Below are positions 11,364 to 24,540 of a stretch of DNA of 64,000 bases, piece by piece (the stretch's first letter is position 1; every line of letters starts with the position of its first letter). The translations under genes were made by a program, and so were the position numbers. The DNA is taken from contig CM059433.1 in the NCBI GenBank assembly GCA_030390025.1, positions 13,084,001-13,148,000 of the forward strand, in the 5' to 3' direction. Source of the stretch: Squalus acanthias. Lineage: Eukaryota. The notes beneath the pieces were generated by a model that saw only the letters and a list, made by a program, of their open reading frames with translations, was not told the DNA's origin and made no database searches.

Positions 11364-11789
11364 AACAACAACAACTTGTATTTATATAGCGCCTTTAACG
11401 TAGTAAAACGTCCCAAGGCGCTGCACAGGAGTATTTTAAGACACAAAATTTGACACCGAGCCACATAAGGATAAATGAGGGCAGGTGACCAAAAGCTTGG
11501 TCAAAGAGGTAGGTTTTAAGGAGCGTCTTAAAGGAGGAAAGAGAGGTAGCGAGGCGGAGAGGTTTTGGCAGGGAATTCCAGAGCTTAGGGCCTAGGCAAC
11601 AGAAGGCACGACCACCAAAGGTTGAGCGATTTATAATCGGGGATGCTCGAGGGCAGAATTAGAGGAGCGCAGATATCTCAGGAGGGGCGGGGGGTTGTAG
11701 GGCTGAAGGAGATTACAGAGATAGGAAGGGGCGAGGCCATGGAGGGATTTGAAAACCAGGATGAGAATTTTGAAATCGAGGCGCTGCTT
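11364..11789 (-). mobile_element. L2-type LINE 3' fragment
   Basis: High similarity to 2208-2643; (GTT)n tail. Confidence 0.85.
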
Positions 11790-12619
11790 TACAACTACAT
11801 TTCACGCTCTCGTAACAACTCCAGTTACCGTAATCACATTCAATCATTCAAACTTGATTTGCTCTCATCCACCGTAAAATATTAATTCCTTGTTATGCGT
11901 TGATTAACTCCAAAGTGCCAAATTTTATGTAACAATCCCAAGTCGTACGCACAAGGAATATCAACATAGTTGAAATAATTAGCTGTCTGAAGTGGCCAGC
12001 CACAGAAAGCCAGTATTCATCATTTGATCAGACACTCGGTCTGTTAATTTCAGTTTTCAAACCCAAAACCAGAAGAACTCCATATCGCAAAAGCAACCTA
12101 TTTGTTACTGGGAAAACAATTAACAATACGATTCAGCGTACGCTCGTAAAAAAGACACGGATCAAAATGCTTACACTACTATTAGTAGCAACAGGGACTA
12201 CAAAGGGTTAAACTGCAACATTTAAAGACAGAAAGCAGAACACACATTTAAAGAGACAGTACATGCGACACAAAAGAGAGTCTGTTATTTTAATCCTGTT
12301 TTCTCTCAACAATTTCAGTTTCTGATACTTGGCTTTCAATTTCTTTCTCTTCTCGCATCTAACAAAGGAATTTCTGCAGTCCTGCTTCACAAGCTTTGTT
12401 TTCTGCAAAAGGGCCAAGTGTTCCTTTTCGCTCTCCGTTTCAAGACGGTCCCTTTTTACAGAAACTTTAAATGCTCCTGAACAGGCTACTGCTGCTTGAT
12501 GGTCAACAATCGTACCTTTTTAAGTTTCTGAATTTCCTTCTCCTGTGCTGTGCTTCTGTTCTTAACTGTTCTGCTTATTCTCTTTTTTTCCAAATCCTCA
12601 TAGGCAGCAGCAGCCATTG

Positions 12620-13300
12620 ACCATATCTGGCCCACCTAACACTGAATTTGATCATATTATGATCACTGTTTGATAAATGTTCTCTTACTGTTAGATTATT
12701 AACTAAGTCTGGCTCATTACTCATGACTAAATCTGAGAAGTCACACAACACCAGGTTATAGTCCAACAGTTTTATTTGAAATCACAAGCTTTCGGAGCGG
12801 CTGCTCCTTCGTCCGGTGAAGTCTTCTGACGAAGGAGCAGCGCTCCGAAAGCTTGTGATTTCAAATAAAACTGTTGGACTATAACCTGGTGTTGTGCGAC
12901 TTCTCACTTTTGTCCACCCCAGTCCAACACCGGCATCTCCGCATCATGTCTATATCTAGTATGGCCTGCCCTCTTGTTGGGGTTCTAGAACATAGAATGG
13001 CCTCCTTCTGTGCTGTAAATTTCTATGATTCTGTATTGCTCCAGAAAACTCTCAAGACATTCACTACCTTTCGTACTTGAGCTACTCTGCTCATCCCAAT
13101 CTATGTGAAACTTAAAGTCTCCGATTAAAACAACTCTGCTTTTCCGACAAACTTCTGTAATCTCTGAATTAATACATTCTGCCACTCCATTGCTGCTATC
13201 AGGAGGCCTGTAGACAAGTCCCATTACAGTTTCAAGTCCTCTCTTGTTCCTCAGTTCAATCTGTTCTGTGCCCCTTGATGCTTTAATAACTTGCAACACT
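12620..13300 (-). mobile_element. Old CR1 endonuclease-region fragment interrupted by younger insertions
   Basis: GLVYRPPDS..VLIGDF and LVNNLTVREHLSNSDHNMIKF motifs. Confidence 0.7.
12735..12948 (+). mobile_element. Penelope-like family 1 element with inverted terminal segment
   Basis: About 80-bp inverted arms; ends ggcatctccgcatcatg; TSD catgactaaatct / catgtctatatct. Confidence 0.8.
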
Positions 13301-13749
13301 TCCATTTTATAATCTAAATATTGTCCTGACTTATCTATCAAACAGAGGAATGCAAAGAATCGGAAATTGTAAACTTTTTTTTTACATTGAATTTCTATTT
13401 ACATGGAATGCTCCTCCTTTGTTCCTATTTTTCCCAGTATTTACAAAAAGATTTATGTCTAGGATATAGAGAATTAAGCACTTTAGTGTACTCTAGCTGT
13501 ATTGTGCAAAAGTTATCTTCATTCGTGTATTCAACTCAATGCAGTCTCTGCCCTCACTTCTTCCCCATTGCACAGTATAGAGGAACAGAGTTGTCGGCAG
13601 AGTTTGTGAACGCTTAACAGCTGAGTAACAATTTTGATGGAGGAACTTTGAAACCAGCACTTTATCGCTAAGATTTTTCTGTGCATAGCATTAAATATAT
13701 TTATAATGGCCCGGTGGGCATTAGCAGCGAGCGGACAGCGTTCGCTGTT

Positions 13750-14335
13750 AGAAACATAGAAGATAGGAGCAGGAGTAGGCCATTCGGCCCCTCGAGCCTG
13801 CTCCGCCATTTGATGAGATCATGGCTGATCATCCAAACTCAGTACCCTGTACCTGCCTTCTCCCCATATCCCTTGATACCTTTAGCCTTAAGAAATATAT
13901 CTAACTCATTCTTGAATATATTTAATGACTTGGCCTCAACTACCTTCTGTGGTAGAGAATTCCACATGTTCACCACTTTCTGGGTGAAGAAATTCTTCCT
14001 AATTTCTGTCCTAAATGGCTTACCCCTTATCCTTAGATTATGACCCCTGGTTCTGGACTTCCCGACCATCGGGAACATTCTTCCTGCATCTAGTTTGTCC
14101 AGACCTGTCAGAATTTTATATGTTTCGATGAGATCCCCTCTCATTCTTCTATACTCCAGCGAGTACAAGCCCAATCGACCCAATCTCTCCTCATATCTCA
14201 TTCCTGCCATCCCAGGTATCAGCCTTGTGAATCTTCGCTGAACTCCTTCCGTGGCAAGAACATCCTTCCTCAGATAAGGCGACCAAAACTGCACACAGTA
14301 CTCAAGGTGTGGTCTCACCAAGGCCCTGTACAACC
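13750..14335 (-). mobile_element. Young CR1/HER1 3' fragment
   Basis: Open ORF2 C-terminus YRALVRPHLEYCVQFWSP..GIKGYGEKAGTGY plus tail. Confidence 0.92.
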
Positions 14336-14392
14336 CTGTACTTTAGGTGTTCCTTTGACTGTGGCATTCCTGTCATAATTTGTGTTTTGACT

Positions 14393-15167
14393 GTGGAGAA
14401 TTCGCTGTCAAAATAACGGTGAGGCTAATTGCACTCGCTGTTGTTTATGTGTAAATGGTACAACAACTTCAGGCGAGGCGCCGATGGGCTGTGAAATGCC
14501 AATATCCAGAGGCTGCTGTCCGAGTTGCGGCACTCCACCGTTGGCTTCACGAAACATACATTTCGCTGTCTGCCTCACCGTTGCCGTTCATTGAATGGCG
14601 TGAAGTTGCTGCATTTGCACGGTAGATACGAACCAAACTTGCCACAGAAAGTTAAGCCTTGTCATTTGAAGTGTAAGCACCCTTTTAACGACGTGATAAG
14701 TGTTAATTATTGCCAATCATCTCTCGGGCTCCGAAAATTAACTCTTACAAATGTGGCGTCTCATTCCTTCAGGTACTAATTGTTGGAGATTTAAAAAATA
14801 TCAAATTTAAATCTCATTTTACTTTTCCTTTCTGTTTTTTTTTTTCTTTCTCTTAACCCAATCTTTCCCCCTCTTTATTTTTTCTTCTGTTCCTGATTGG
14901 ACATTGAATGCACCCACTCTAATTTAAACATCTTCTCCGTCCTTGCACAGTTTATTTCACAATCTTTCAGTCTGATTAATTAAGGAGATACACAGTTGCT
15001 TGCCCTGTTCGCTCTGGTCCCAGAAGCCCGGTTTCCCCTCGCTGCGCTGTTATCCGCTCGCATTTCAGCAAGTTAGTGGGCAAAAATGTTTTGAGCTGAA
15101 GGGTGCAGGGGCAAGTCTAAATAAAGACAGCTGCCATTAGATGGCCTGTTACAGCAAAATCTGGCCC
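14393..15167. mobile_element. Non-autonomous TIR element, related in reverse orientation to 18219-18924
   Basis: Right end gcaaaatctggccc; about 14700-14800 is similar to the reverse complement of about 18520-18620; left end degenerate. Confidence 0.55.
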
Positions 15168-15699
15168 AATGGATTGTCTATGGTGCATTGGATCTGAATT
15201 AACGTTGGCCTAGAACATGCATGCGTAGTAGCCAAGAGTCTTTGCCAGATCCAACCAACAAAGACCGTAATATACATTTGTAATCGTGATCATCTGTTGC
15301 CATGTGTAATATAGAGATGTTATTCCCCCAGTTCTCATCTTTTAAGAATTTTTGTTTGTGCTCTGAAGATGTGTCTTGTATGTTTCAAGGGATTTGCGTT
15401 AGTAAATTGTATTTTTAACGATTTTACATTTAAATTGAAGAACATTTATTGATGTGATTTCTCATTTTGTTATTTGCAAGTAATATATCCAGTGTTGTTA
15501 ACAGATTTATTTGGAGTATTTGTTAACATGCTCATTTAGAGTTTTTGTACCACTACAATTATGAAAAAACCCAGTTATTCTTTGTGTGATAATCAAGCAA
15601 ATTACTTCCACTACAACCACACCCAGTGACGGAATTGGAACCACCCAAAAACTGTTGCTCTCTTGATCATGCGTGCTTTTCTCTTGCCCTCATGTGCTG

Positions 15700-15985
15700 G
15701 AGAGGGGGTGCACCTCACATCTGAGCCCGATCCCATCTTTATACCCAACATCGACATGCATGCACTTCCAGTCGGGGGCTGCCTGCATGTATGTGATTAC
15801 GTGTGGGAACCCTGGCCATTGTTTTTCCCCCTATTCCTAACCACAACCCAGATGAGGCGAATTGTCGCAGCCCCTGTGACTGCGTGGTTGAGATCACCAA
15901 AGTTGGCGCAAACTGGAGGTTGAATCTGTGACCTTCCTCATCAGTGCAGTGCAGCTACTCACTGGGTGAAATTACTGAGCCAATT
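15700..15985 (-). mobile_element. Old unassigned SINE-like repeat
   Basis: Shares segments (cccaac.., gggaaccctggc..) with the reverse complement of about 28010-28110; weak tRNA-like head. Confidence 0.4.
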
Positions 15986-16804
15986 TGCAAAAATAATAGT
16001 GGAAAGTTTGAAGACTTCCATTTGGGATGCAGTTTGGTTAAATTACGGTCTTCGTGTATTGTGCTGTAATATTGTGTGAAGCTGATTTGAAGGATAGTGT
16101 GATCCACTTAGCATCACGTATGGAGCAATACATCATATCTTCTTCACTTCCTGTTTAGTCTTTCTACATCAATGAATTTGAAAGACTGTCTCCTGTCTGT
16201 TCCCAGGGACCTAACTCTAATGCAGTTCCCACATCTCTCTATATTGTATCTGGACATACACTCTCATTTACTGGTAATAAGTCTAGTTATTTTTGGCAAT
16301 CCAACTATTCACATGGCCTTTCTGTGACTCACTTTCTGTGGAAACCCTCAGATTGTGGCCAAGATCTCACTTTGTTTGGGCAGATCAGACTTGAGCTGTG
16401 TAGTGTGTGTGTGTTTTTTTAAATGTTGGGGTTGGGTGAAAACCTAAGGCACATAGTGCAGAACACCACCAAGGTTGAAAAGAATAGAAGAGAAGATGGA
16501 ATAAATCAAGTCGTAGATGACAAATATTAAAAGTTTCCAGAGCACAGAGTGTATTGTGATGCAACAGGTGGCTAATAATGTTTTCGGGGCTAGCTACCAA
16601 GCCTCGCGAGTACTGTGGATCTTTTCACTTCATTTCCCCACTTGGCAGATCAGACGAGGCTGCTGGGTGCAGAATTGATGCACAACCTTGTTTCCAAAGC
16701 TTACCCGTCTTAAAATCTGTTTTTATAATCATGGTGCCAGTGAAAACCAGTTATTACCATAGTGGGCAACAATTTATCTTATTTATGTGTAGGTGGCTTT
16801 GAAC

Positions 16805-17260
16805 TGTCGGCTGTGGCTCAGTGGGTAGCACACTCGCCTCTGAGTCAGAAGGTTGTGGGTTCAAGTCCCACTCCAGGGACTTGTGCACATAAAGCTAGGC
16901 TGACACTCCCAGTGCAGTGCTGAGGGAGTGCTGCACTGTCAGAGGTGCCGTCTTTTGGATGAGACGTTAAACCGAGGCCCCGTCTGCGCTCTCAGGTGGA
17001 CGTAAAAGATCCCATGGCCACTATTTCGAAGAAGAGCAGGGGAGTTATCCCCGGTGTCCTGGCCAATATTTATCCCTCAACCAACATAACAAAAGCTGAT
17101 TATCTAGTCATTATCACATTGCTGTTTGCGGGACCTTGCTGTGTGCAAATTGGCTGCCGCGTTTCCCACATTACAGTGACTCCATTTCAAAAAGTACTTC
17201 ATTGGCTGTGAAGCACTTTGAGACGTCCGGTGGTCGTCGAAGGCGCTATATAAATGCAAG
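16805..17260 (+). mobile_element. Full-length Deu-domain tRNA SINE (SacSINE1-like)
   Basis: A box tggctcagtgg (16814-16824), B box ggttcaagtcc (16858-16868), Deu-like core ggatgagacgttaaaccgaggcccc, L2-like tail aggcgctatataaatgcaagt. Confidence 0.85.
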
Positions 17261-17437
17261 TAAGTCTGTCTGTCTTTCTGTGTCTTTCTTTCTTTCTTAA
17301 GGCCTCTCAGCACTTAGTATTCATTGGCTTGTGCTGTACCCTTTTTGTACAAACATTGCTGGTTAGATTTGGAACAGTTTTTATCCCACTTGAGGGGAGT
17401 TGCACATCTTGTGTTTACATTGCTTATGATTTATTCA

Positions 17438-17882
17438 AAAATGAGAAGTCGCACAACACCAGGTTATAGTCCAACAGATTTATTTAAAATTACAAGCTTT
17501 CGGAGCTATCGCCCCTTCTTCAGGTACAGTTACAATGAGTGAATCTACAAAAGTTCACAGAATATAAACACAGAAAATGCAGAGATACAATCTTTCCTTA
17601 CATCAAAGACACACCAAGAGCACAGCCAAGACAATGAGATGTGTCCCAGGGGGTCCAACGTGTCAAATCCTGCTGTTTGTAGCAGATCTCTCTCCATATC
17701 CCTTCCCCTCTCTCCGTCTTTTTTGGGGTTTGTTTTCTGGGTTTGTTTTTTTGTGTTTGTTTTTTAAAATCTGGAAAGACAGACAAAGATGTCAAGTCAC
17801 GTTCTGTAGCGTGACATGAACCCGATATCCCTAATGAGGCCGTCCTCCAAGAAGATCGCGCATATTGCATCTCCGCATCATG
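17438..17882. mobile_element. Penelope-like family 1 insertion, mostly inverted, with a short forward 3' terminus
   Basis: Perfect 12-bp TSD atgatttattca (17426-17437, 17880-17891); terminal gcatctccgcatcatg. Confidence 0.8.
17491..17526 (-). ncRNA. Minimal type I hammerhead ribozyme motif
   Basis: tac-CTGAAGA-a-ggggc gata gctcc-GAAA-gctt-gta. Confidence 0.7.
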
Positions 17883-18218
17883 ATTTATTCAGTCCTCTAC
17901 CTCACCTTCACACCTTGACTTGTGCTGTATGGGAGCAATCCTTGAGGAGCTTTAGTTTTGTATAAGGCATAGATCTGGTAAATGATCATCCCAGTGCCTT
18001 ACACCTAGCAAGTCATTGCTCATACTTTATCAGGTATAAAATCAGGGTAGTACCGTGGCTTCATCTGAAATCCTTGCCAGAGGCCCTCAATTACCACTTT
18101 AGTCTAGATACCTTTACATTCTTCAATTCTATTGTATAAAATTTAGTAGCACATTCATTTATGGATATGTGAAGTGCTGTCTTACTGCTTCTGTACGTAT
18201 CTAGGGAAAAGAAATATT

Positions 18219-18924
18219 AGCACGGATTTTGTGGTTAGCGGTGAAGGAACGGCGCTCGCCGTTCATCACGCTCACCGCTCCCCACAGTACTTTCGCGCGC
18301 TTTTGAGTGGCAACTTACGGTTCCTAGAGATCATTTCCAGTGCGACGCCCTCTACAGGGGATCTGTGGCATGTGTGAGCAGGACAAGCAACCCGCAAAGC
18401 TTTTCAGGGCAATCAGACTGAAGCATCCTCACTGAGACACGCAGAGTCTAAACCAGGAAGTATAAATTAGATTTAATTAAGGAAATGGAAATAAAGAGAG
18501 GGGAAAAAAGAGAAAAAGTTAAATCTCCAACAATAATTAAATTCTGAAGGAATGAGTCTCCACACTTATAAAATTAAAATTTCAGGGCCAGAGAGGTTGT
18601 TTGGCAGTAATTATGACTGATCACGCCATTAAAATTTCACTTGGACCTGAATGCACACGGCCTAACTTTTTGTGCCGTGTTTAGTGGGTAACTAGTGGGA
18701 AAGTACCGCAACTTCACGCCCTTAAATGGATTTGAGTGGCGAGTCTATCAGCAAGGTACTGTTATAGCGCAGCCTGTGGAGGAGCAGGTTAACTTGGGCA
18801 GCCACTTCTGGATTTCCGCGTTTAACTGCGCATGTGCGGACTATGGAAGTTGCTGTCCGATTTACTCCATAATAAGGGTGAGCGCTTACAGCCTCAGCGT
18901 TATTCTCCGCGCAAAATCTGGGCC
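18219..18924. mobile_element. Non-autonomous TIR element (PIF/Harbinger-like)
   Basis: Imperfect TIR agcacggattttgtg / cgcaaaatctgggcc; TSD ATT at 18216-18218 and 18925-18927. Confidence 0.65.
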
Positions 18925-19500
18925 ATTATCCAGAAATCTCGTCAAATCTGGAATTGACATCTTGACGTTAGACTGGCACAAAGCACAAAATGGCAGTGTG
19001 GCTAAAGGAATGTGCCTGTGGCAAATTAGAGTTTTGTCTGTGTTGAATTACTTTTAACTTAATTTTTGTAATGCTAGAATCAGCATTTAAAGGGTTAACT
19101 CCAAAAGTTACTCGCACAGCCATGAATTTGAACTACTCTGTTGGTCTGCTAGATTTCCCTCAGGGCGCGTGAACTTTTTGTTCTGCGCAATAGTGGTCTG
19201 TAGTGTTAGTCAATTAATCATCCCAGCAGGGGGCCATTATTTACAATCTCGTACCTCTTGTGGTCCTGTTAGACATGGTCCGATTGGCCTTCAGTAGTAC
19301 CATTGTTATGCCTTGCTGCTTACTGTTTCATTCTGTTACAATTTACATAATAAGGGGAGCAGCCATGCAGACTCCTGGCGGTCCTCTGGTCACACATCAA
19401 AGGATAGGCTCTCAACATAGTGACTTTGATAGCTGTTTCAGATTCCTGTGAAAAGAGGGCAGGCTCTCCTCTGTTTTAGCTAATTGAAAGGCCACATTGC

Positions 19501-20160
19501 AGGCCTAGAAATTTGGTCATGCAGTACCGAATTTTAGGGCGCTAAGCGGCCTCCTAAGCCTCCAATATGGCGGGCAGGAAGTGCTCTAATTACTAAGAGT
19601 CCCACGTCTGCCATATTGGTAAAGTCCAAAAATTCAGCGTGCAGTCCCCAATGCCTGAAACAGATGTTGGACCCCTTATTTGCAATTGGCCAAACGCCTG
19701 TTTGAGACCCCCCCAGTGCAAGATTGGCTTGGCCCGAGGCAGCTAGCACCGTTTTGTACTCTGGAGAACCAGGTCTACATGTGGCCTAACAGCCAGTCTT
19801 TGGAGGGACTGCTGCAGGCCCCCAACCAAAAAGGTAAGATTTTAAAATATGCTTACCTGAATGTGGAGTCGGGAGGATCAGGAGTGCTCCTCCCAATCCC
19901 ACATTCAAAGAATTCCGGTTGGCGCTGCCTTTTTTCCTCCAGCCACCGCAACCAACTCTCCCGACCCGGTTTCTCTCTCCTCGCCCCTTCTCGGTCCCCT
20001 TTAATCACTTACCTGAGGGCCGCTGCTGGTGTCGCCGTGGCCCAATCTCGCTTCGCCGGTGAGCTGCCTGTTATTGTCCGTAGCTCACCGGCCCAATGCC
20101 CGATATCGGGTGCACCTCAGGCCTCGGCATTCATCCAGCAGAGCCCTTTTTATCCCGTAT
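19501..20160. mobile_element. Probable related TIR-element remnant
   Basis: Starts aggcctagaaatttgg; GC-rich body resembling the other copies; right end not identified. Confidence 0.35.
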
Positions 20161-20614
20161 AAGAGTGCAAGGAGTGATCAGAGCTTCAGCAGATAGGGGA
20201 ACAGTATTCAAGTCTTGGGTGAACTTGGGACTCTATAAAAGTTTTAAGTTATTAAGGGTAAAAGAAGTATGTGACGCCAAAGAAGAAACCGAGCTTCTTT
20301 TGAAGCAGCTTTAGTAATGGAGGCGATTTGGTGTTTGTATGTAAGGTCAAAGGAGATAGTGAGGCGAAAAATGTTGGTTGATGAAAGGCCAAAGGAGGTA
20401 GGGCCATCAAAACTAAGGGTTAGTGGTTTTTGGGTAGATTTGCATTAAAAAAAAATGCTGTCTAAAGAATTGAAAGGAGATTTTTATTACCCAGTTGAAG
20501 GACGTGGAGAAGATCAAAATACAGTGATTCCACCACTTCACTACTATAAGAACTGGAAGTTTGCGCACTGACGGCATGTGATTTGAAGGAAGATGATGGC
20601 TGTAGGGTGGAATT

Positions 20615-21743
20615 CTTCTTCTCTTAGGCAGTCCCTCGGAACCGAGGATGACTTGCTTCCACATTAAAAATGAGTTCGCAGGTGACTGATGAGTCCAATG
20701 TGGGACCTACAGTCTCTGTCACAGGTGGGGCAGACGGTGGTGGAAGAGGCGGGTGGGTGGGATGCTTGGGTTGACGTGCGCTCCTTGCGCTGCCTGTGCT
20801 TGGCTTCCGCTTGCTCCCGGCGAAGAGACTCGAGGTGTTCGGCGCCTTCCTGGATGCTTCTCCTCCACTTTGTGCGGTCTTGGGCCAGGGATTCCCAGGT
20901 GTCGGTGGGGATGTTACACTTTTTCAAGGGGGCTTTGAGGGTGTCCTTGAAGCGTTTCCTCTGCCCACCTGGGGCTCTCTTGCCGTGCCAGAGCTCTGAG
21001 TAGAGCGCTTGTTTTGGGAGTCTCGCATCGGGCATGCGGACAATGTGACCTGTCCATCGGAGCTGATCGAGCGTGGTCAAAGCTTCGATGCTGGGGATGT
21101 TGGCCTGAGTGAGAACACTGACGTTGGTGCGCCTATCCTGCCAATGGATTTGCAGGATCTTGCGGAGGCAGCGTTGGTGGTACCTCTCCAGTGCTTTGAG
21201 GTGCCTGCTGTACATGACCCATGTCTCTGAGGCATACAGGAGGGCGGGTATCACTACTGCTCTGTAGACCATGAGCTTAGTGCCGGGTTTGAGGTCCTGG
21301 TCTTCAAACACTCTCTTCCTCAGGCGACCGAAGGCTGCACTGGCACACTGAAGGCGGTGTTGGACTTCGTCGTCGACGTCTGCCCTTGTTGACAGTAGGC
21401 TCCCGAGGTATGAAAGTGGTCCACGTTGTCCAAGGCCTTGTCGTGGATTTTGATAATCGGGGGACAGTACTGTGTGGCGGGGGCTGGTTGGTAGAGGACC
21501 TTTGTCTTACGGATGTTAGTGTAAGGCCCATGCTCTCGTACGCTTCGGTGAAGGTGTTGACGATGGTTTGGAGTTCGACCTCCGAGTGAGCGCAGACGCA
21601 AACGTCGTCTGCAGACTGTAATTCGACGACAGAGGATGGGACAACCTTAGATCTGGATTGGAGGCGACGGAGGTTGAACAGTTTCCCGTTTGTTCTGTAA
21701 ATTAGCTCCACTCCAGTGGGGAGCTTACTGAGGGTGAGATGGA
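20615..21743 (-). mobile_element. RTE-clade LINE 3' fragment
   Basis: RT motif (ELQSADD) through the CPTC..HLRTH C-terminus; (GAA)n tail; TSD gtggaatt at 20607-20614 and 21744-21751. Confidence 0.92.
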
Positions 21744-22628
21744 GTGGAATTATTAGGAAAGAATGGCTAGGGTTGGGTGCAGAGGGGAGGAGATCATTGA
21801 AGAAAGAACCAAATGGGAGAGAGGAGAGAGCTCTGGGAACACTGCCTCAATGGAAAGAGTCAGAGACAATTCTACACTTGTAGACTTTCTTGTGACTTGT
21901 AAAGAAGCTTCTTAGTGGTTGGAAGGAAGTCGGGATTGTGACTTCCAAAGTTCCAGCGTTGCTTTGTTTTACTTGAGAATGGTTGCACAATCTGGGGATG
22001 CTTGATGTGACTTGTTTGGTGGTGGGGGGGTCGGGGGGGAAATGTCTCGAGGCTTAAACATTCACTAAAACATTTGATTTAAGTACAATAATCAAATTGG
22101 AGCTGTACATGATTTCCCCAGAGATTTAGTTACTTAAGGGAATAAAGTGTGATTAAGAAGGTGAACACTGATCTTGTAGAATACCATAGTGGGAAGATTG
22201 TGGGGTGGGGTTTAAAAGGATATAATCTACATTTTTGATGCTTATTAAATACAGACTAAGAAAGAGAAGAGTGTTTAAACAAGGCGGCAGTATTTTAGCC
22301 TCGGGTGACTAGAAGGATAAGCATAACAAGTGTTAGTCGTTTTAATGTCTGAATTTCTGTGAGGATAACCTTGTCCTCCAGTCTGCTTATCTGTGGTGTA
22401 TCAACCCTGGTGCATTCCCAGAGGTGATTTGGAAACCCTTGTAGGATGTCTCTTAATTGCTTTATAAGTGAATTTTGATTTCACTGTTGATTTGTAATAA
22501 TTTGTAAACTAATTATGAAAATCTGGAGTATAGAAAAAACTTTTTACTTGATCTGTTCTAGGATTTGATGCCCAGATGCTTTACAAGCTAACTTTAGTTA
22601 CCCATTTTCTGTTGCATTTTCGAAGATG

Positions 22629-22910
22629 CAACAACAACTTGTATTTATATAGTGCCTTTAACGTAGTAAAACGTGCCAAGGTGCTGCACAGAAGCATTAC
22701 AAGACGACAAAATTTGACACCGAGCCACATAAGAATAAATTAGGGCAGGTGACCAAAAGCTTGGTCAAAGAGGTAGGTTTTAAGGAGCGTCTTAAAGGAG
22801 GAAAGAGAGGTAGTGAGGTGGAGAGGTTTAGGCAGGAATTCCAGAGCTTAGGGCCGAGGCAACAGAAGGCACGGCCGCCAATGGTTGAGCGATTATACTC
22901 GGATGCTCAA
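22629..22910 (-). mobile_element. L2-type LINE 3' fragment
   Basis: Same family as 2208; (GTT)n tail. Confidence 0.85.
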
Positions 22911-23599
22911 GATACACTTAGTCATTCATCTATAAATGGCCAAAAAAAGTCAGTAAATTCTTGAAAGGTGGTGTGGAGTCGCTGAATTGATGCAAATATT
23001 AATTTCAATGTTCCGACATCCCCCGCCCCTTGTGAAGCACCTTGGTGTGTTTCACTACGTTGACGGAACTGGATATCTGTATTTAAGTAAAAAGGAAATA
23101 CTTGCATTTATGTTGCCTCATCGCATCATTGCACTAAAGTCGAAGTTGTCATCTTACTAGATTCAAAATAGCTCTCCACATTTTAATCAAGCTTCACAAA
23201 AATGTTCTAAACTACCTGGCCCACTGGTTCCCTTTGAAGAAGAGTATTGGCAACCCTTTTATACGATGTCTGTAAGAAGCAATAGTGTGTCCCATTTGAC
23301 AGCTAAAATATTTAGATGTTGGTGAAATATCGCTACAATTTGACAAATTTGCATTGAATTCCCTTAGAAAAGTAGCCTTGAGATTCGTTGCTGTGTTGGA
23401 CTCTGTGCCTGTTTGCCGACTGCACTCCAGTAACTGATTCGTTTTGTGAAGGGTTTTGAGATGTACCAATGATGTGATTAAAGCACCACATAAATGCAAA
23501 TATATATTTTCTATCCATTTACAAGAGCACATAATTCCAGTTATTGTAAAGCAGCAATCGGCAGAGTGCGTGCAAGTCTAATGCCAAAGTGCCAAAACT

Positions 23600-24020
23600 G
23601 AAGTCCTCTGGTCAGGTCACACTTTGAGCACTGCATTCAGTTCTGATCACTGAGGCACAAGGGAAATAATTCAAGCCCTGGAGGCAGTGTACAAAGGGCC
23701 ATGGGCTGATTAGTAGGGTTGTGAGGACTGACTTATGAGGATAGGCCATAAAAGCTCAGACACTTCAGACTTGAAAGAAGGAGAATGAAAGGGAACCTTC
23801 GAGAGGTATATAAGTGGCGTAGAGAAGTTAAACGCGGAGCAATATTTTAAATTGAAACATGACTGCAGGACCAGGGGATAGAATCCTAAACTGGTAAAAG
23901 GCAAGCTTGTGAAAGATTTCAAGAAGAATCTCTTCATGCAGTGTCCTGAATAGCTGGAACGGTTTTCTAGTTAGGGAAGTAGAGACAAAAACTCTGGAAT
24001 TATTCAACAGACGGTTAGAT
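23600..24020 (+). mobile_element. Old CR1 fragment
   Basis: Degenerate VRSHFEHCIQF-type sequence and downstream ORF2 remnants. Confidence 0.55.
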
Positions 24021-24097
24021 GCTGTGATCAATTTTGGTGTTGTGGGGGGGGGAAACAAAGTTAGGTGGAATGAAGAGCTAGGTAGGCTCCTCTAACC

Positions 24098-24540
24098 ATA
24101 CATAGAATTTACAGGACAGAAACAGGCCATTCGGTCCAACAGATCTGTGCGGTAATGCACCACACAGGCCTCCTCCCACCCTACTTCATCTAACCCTAGT
24201 AGCATAATCTTCTATTCCTTTCTCCCTCGTGTTTATCTAGCATCCCCTTAAATGTATCTCTGCTATTCGCCTCAACTACTGTGGTAGCAAGATCCACATT
24301 CTAACCACTCTGGTTAAAGAAGTTTCTCCTGAATTCCTTATTAGATTTATTAGATTGACTATCTTATATTTATGACCCCTAGTTTTGGATTCCCCCACAA
24401 GTGGAAACATCTTCTCTGCATCTACCCTATCAAACCCTTTAATAATCTTAAAAACTGCTATCAGGTCACCCCTCAGCGTTCTCGAGCCTCAGCATGTGCA
24501 GTCTTTCCTGATGGGTATAACCTCTCAGTTGTGGTATTAT
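24098..24540 (-). mobile_element. CR1 3' fragment
   Basis: CR1 tail and ORF2 C-terminal remnants; similar to 26275-26690. Confidence 0.7.

Noticed and set aside
12200..12600. Purine-rich minus-strand stretch resembling coiled-coil coding sequence
   Set aside because: Stops interrupt the frames I read, and I found no splice signals or recognisable homology.
12782..12858. Functional hammerheads in the 12735 copy
   Set aside because: The minus copy has CGGACGA in the core and the plus copy lost its 5' stem I at the inversion junction. The 5173 (CTGACAA) and 63303 (CTGACGG) copies are also mutated.
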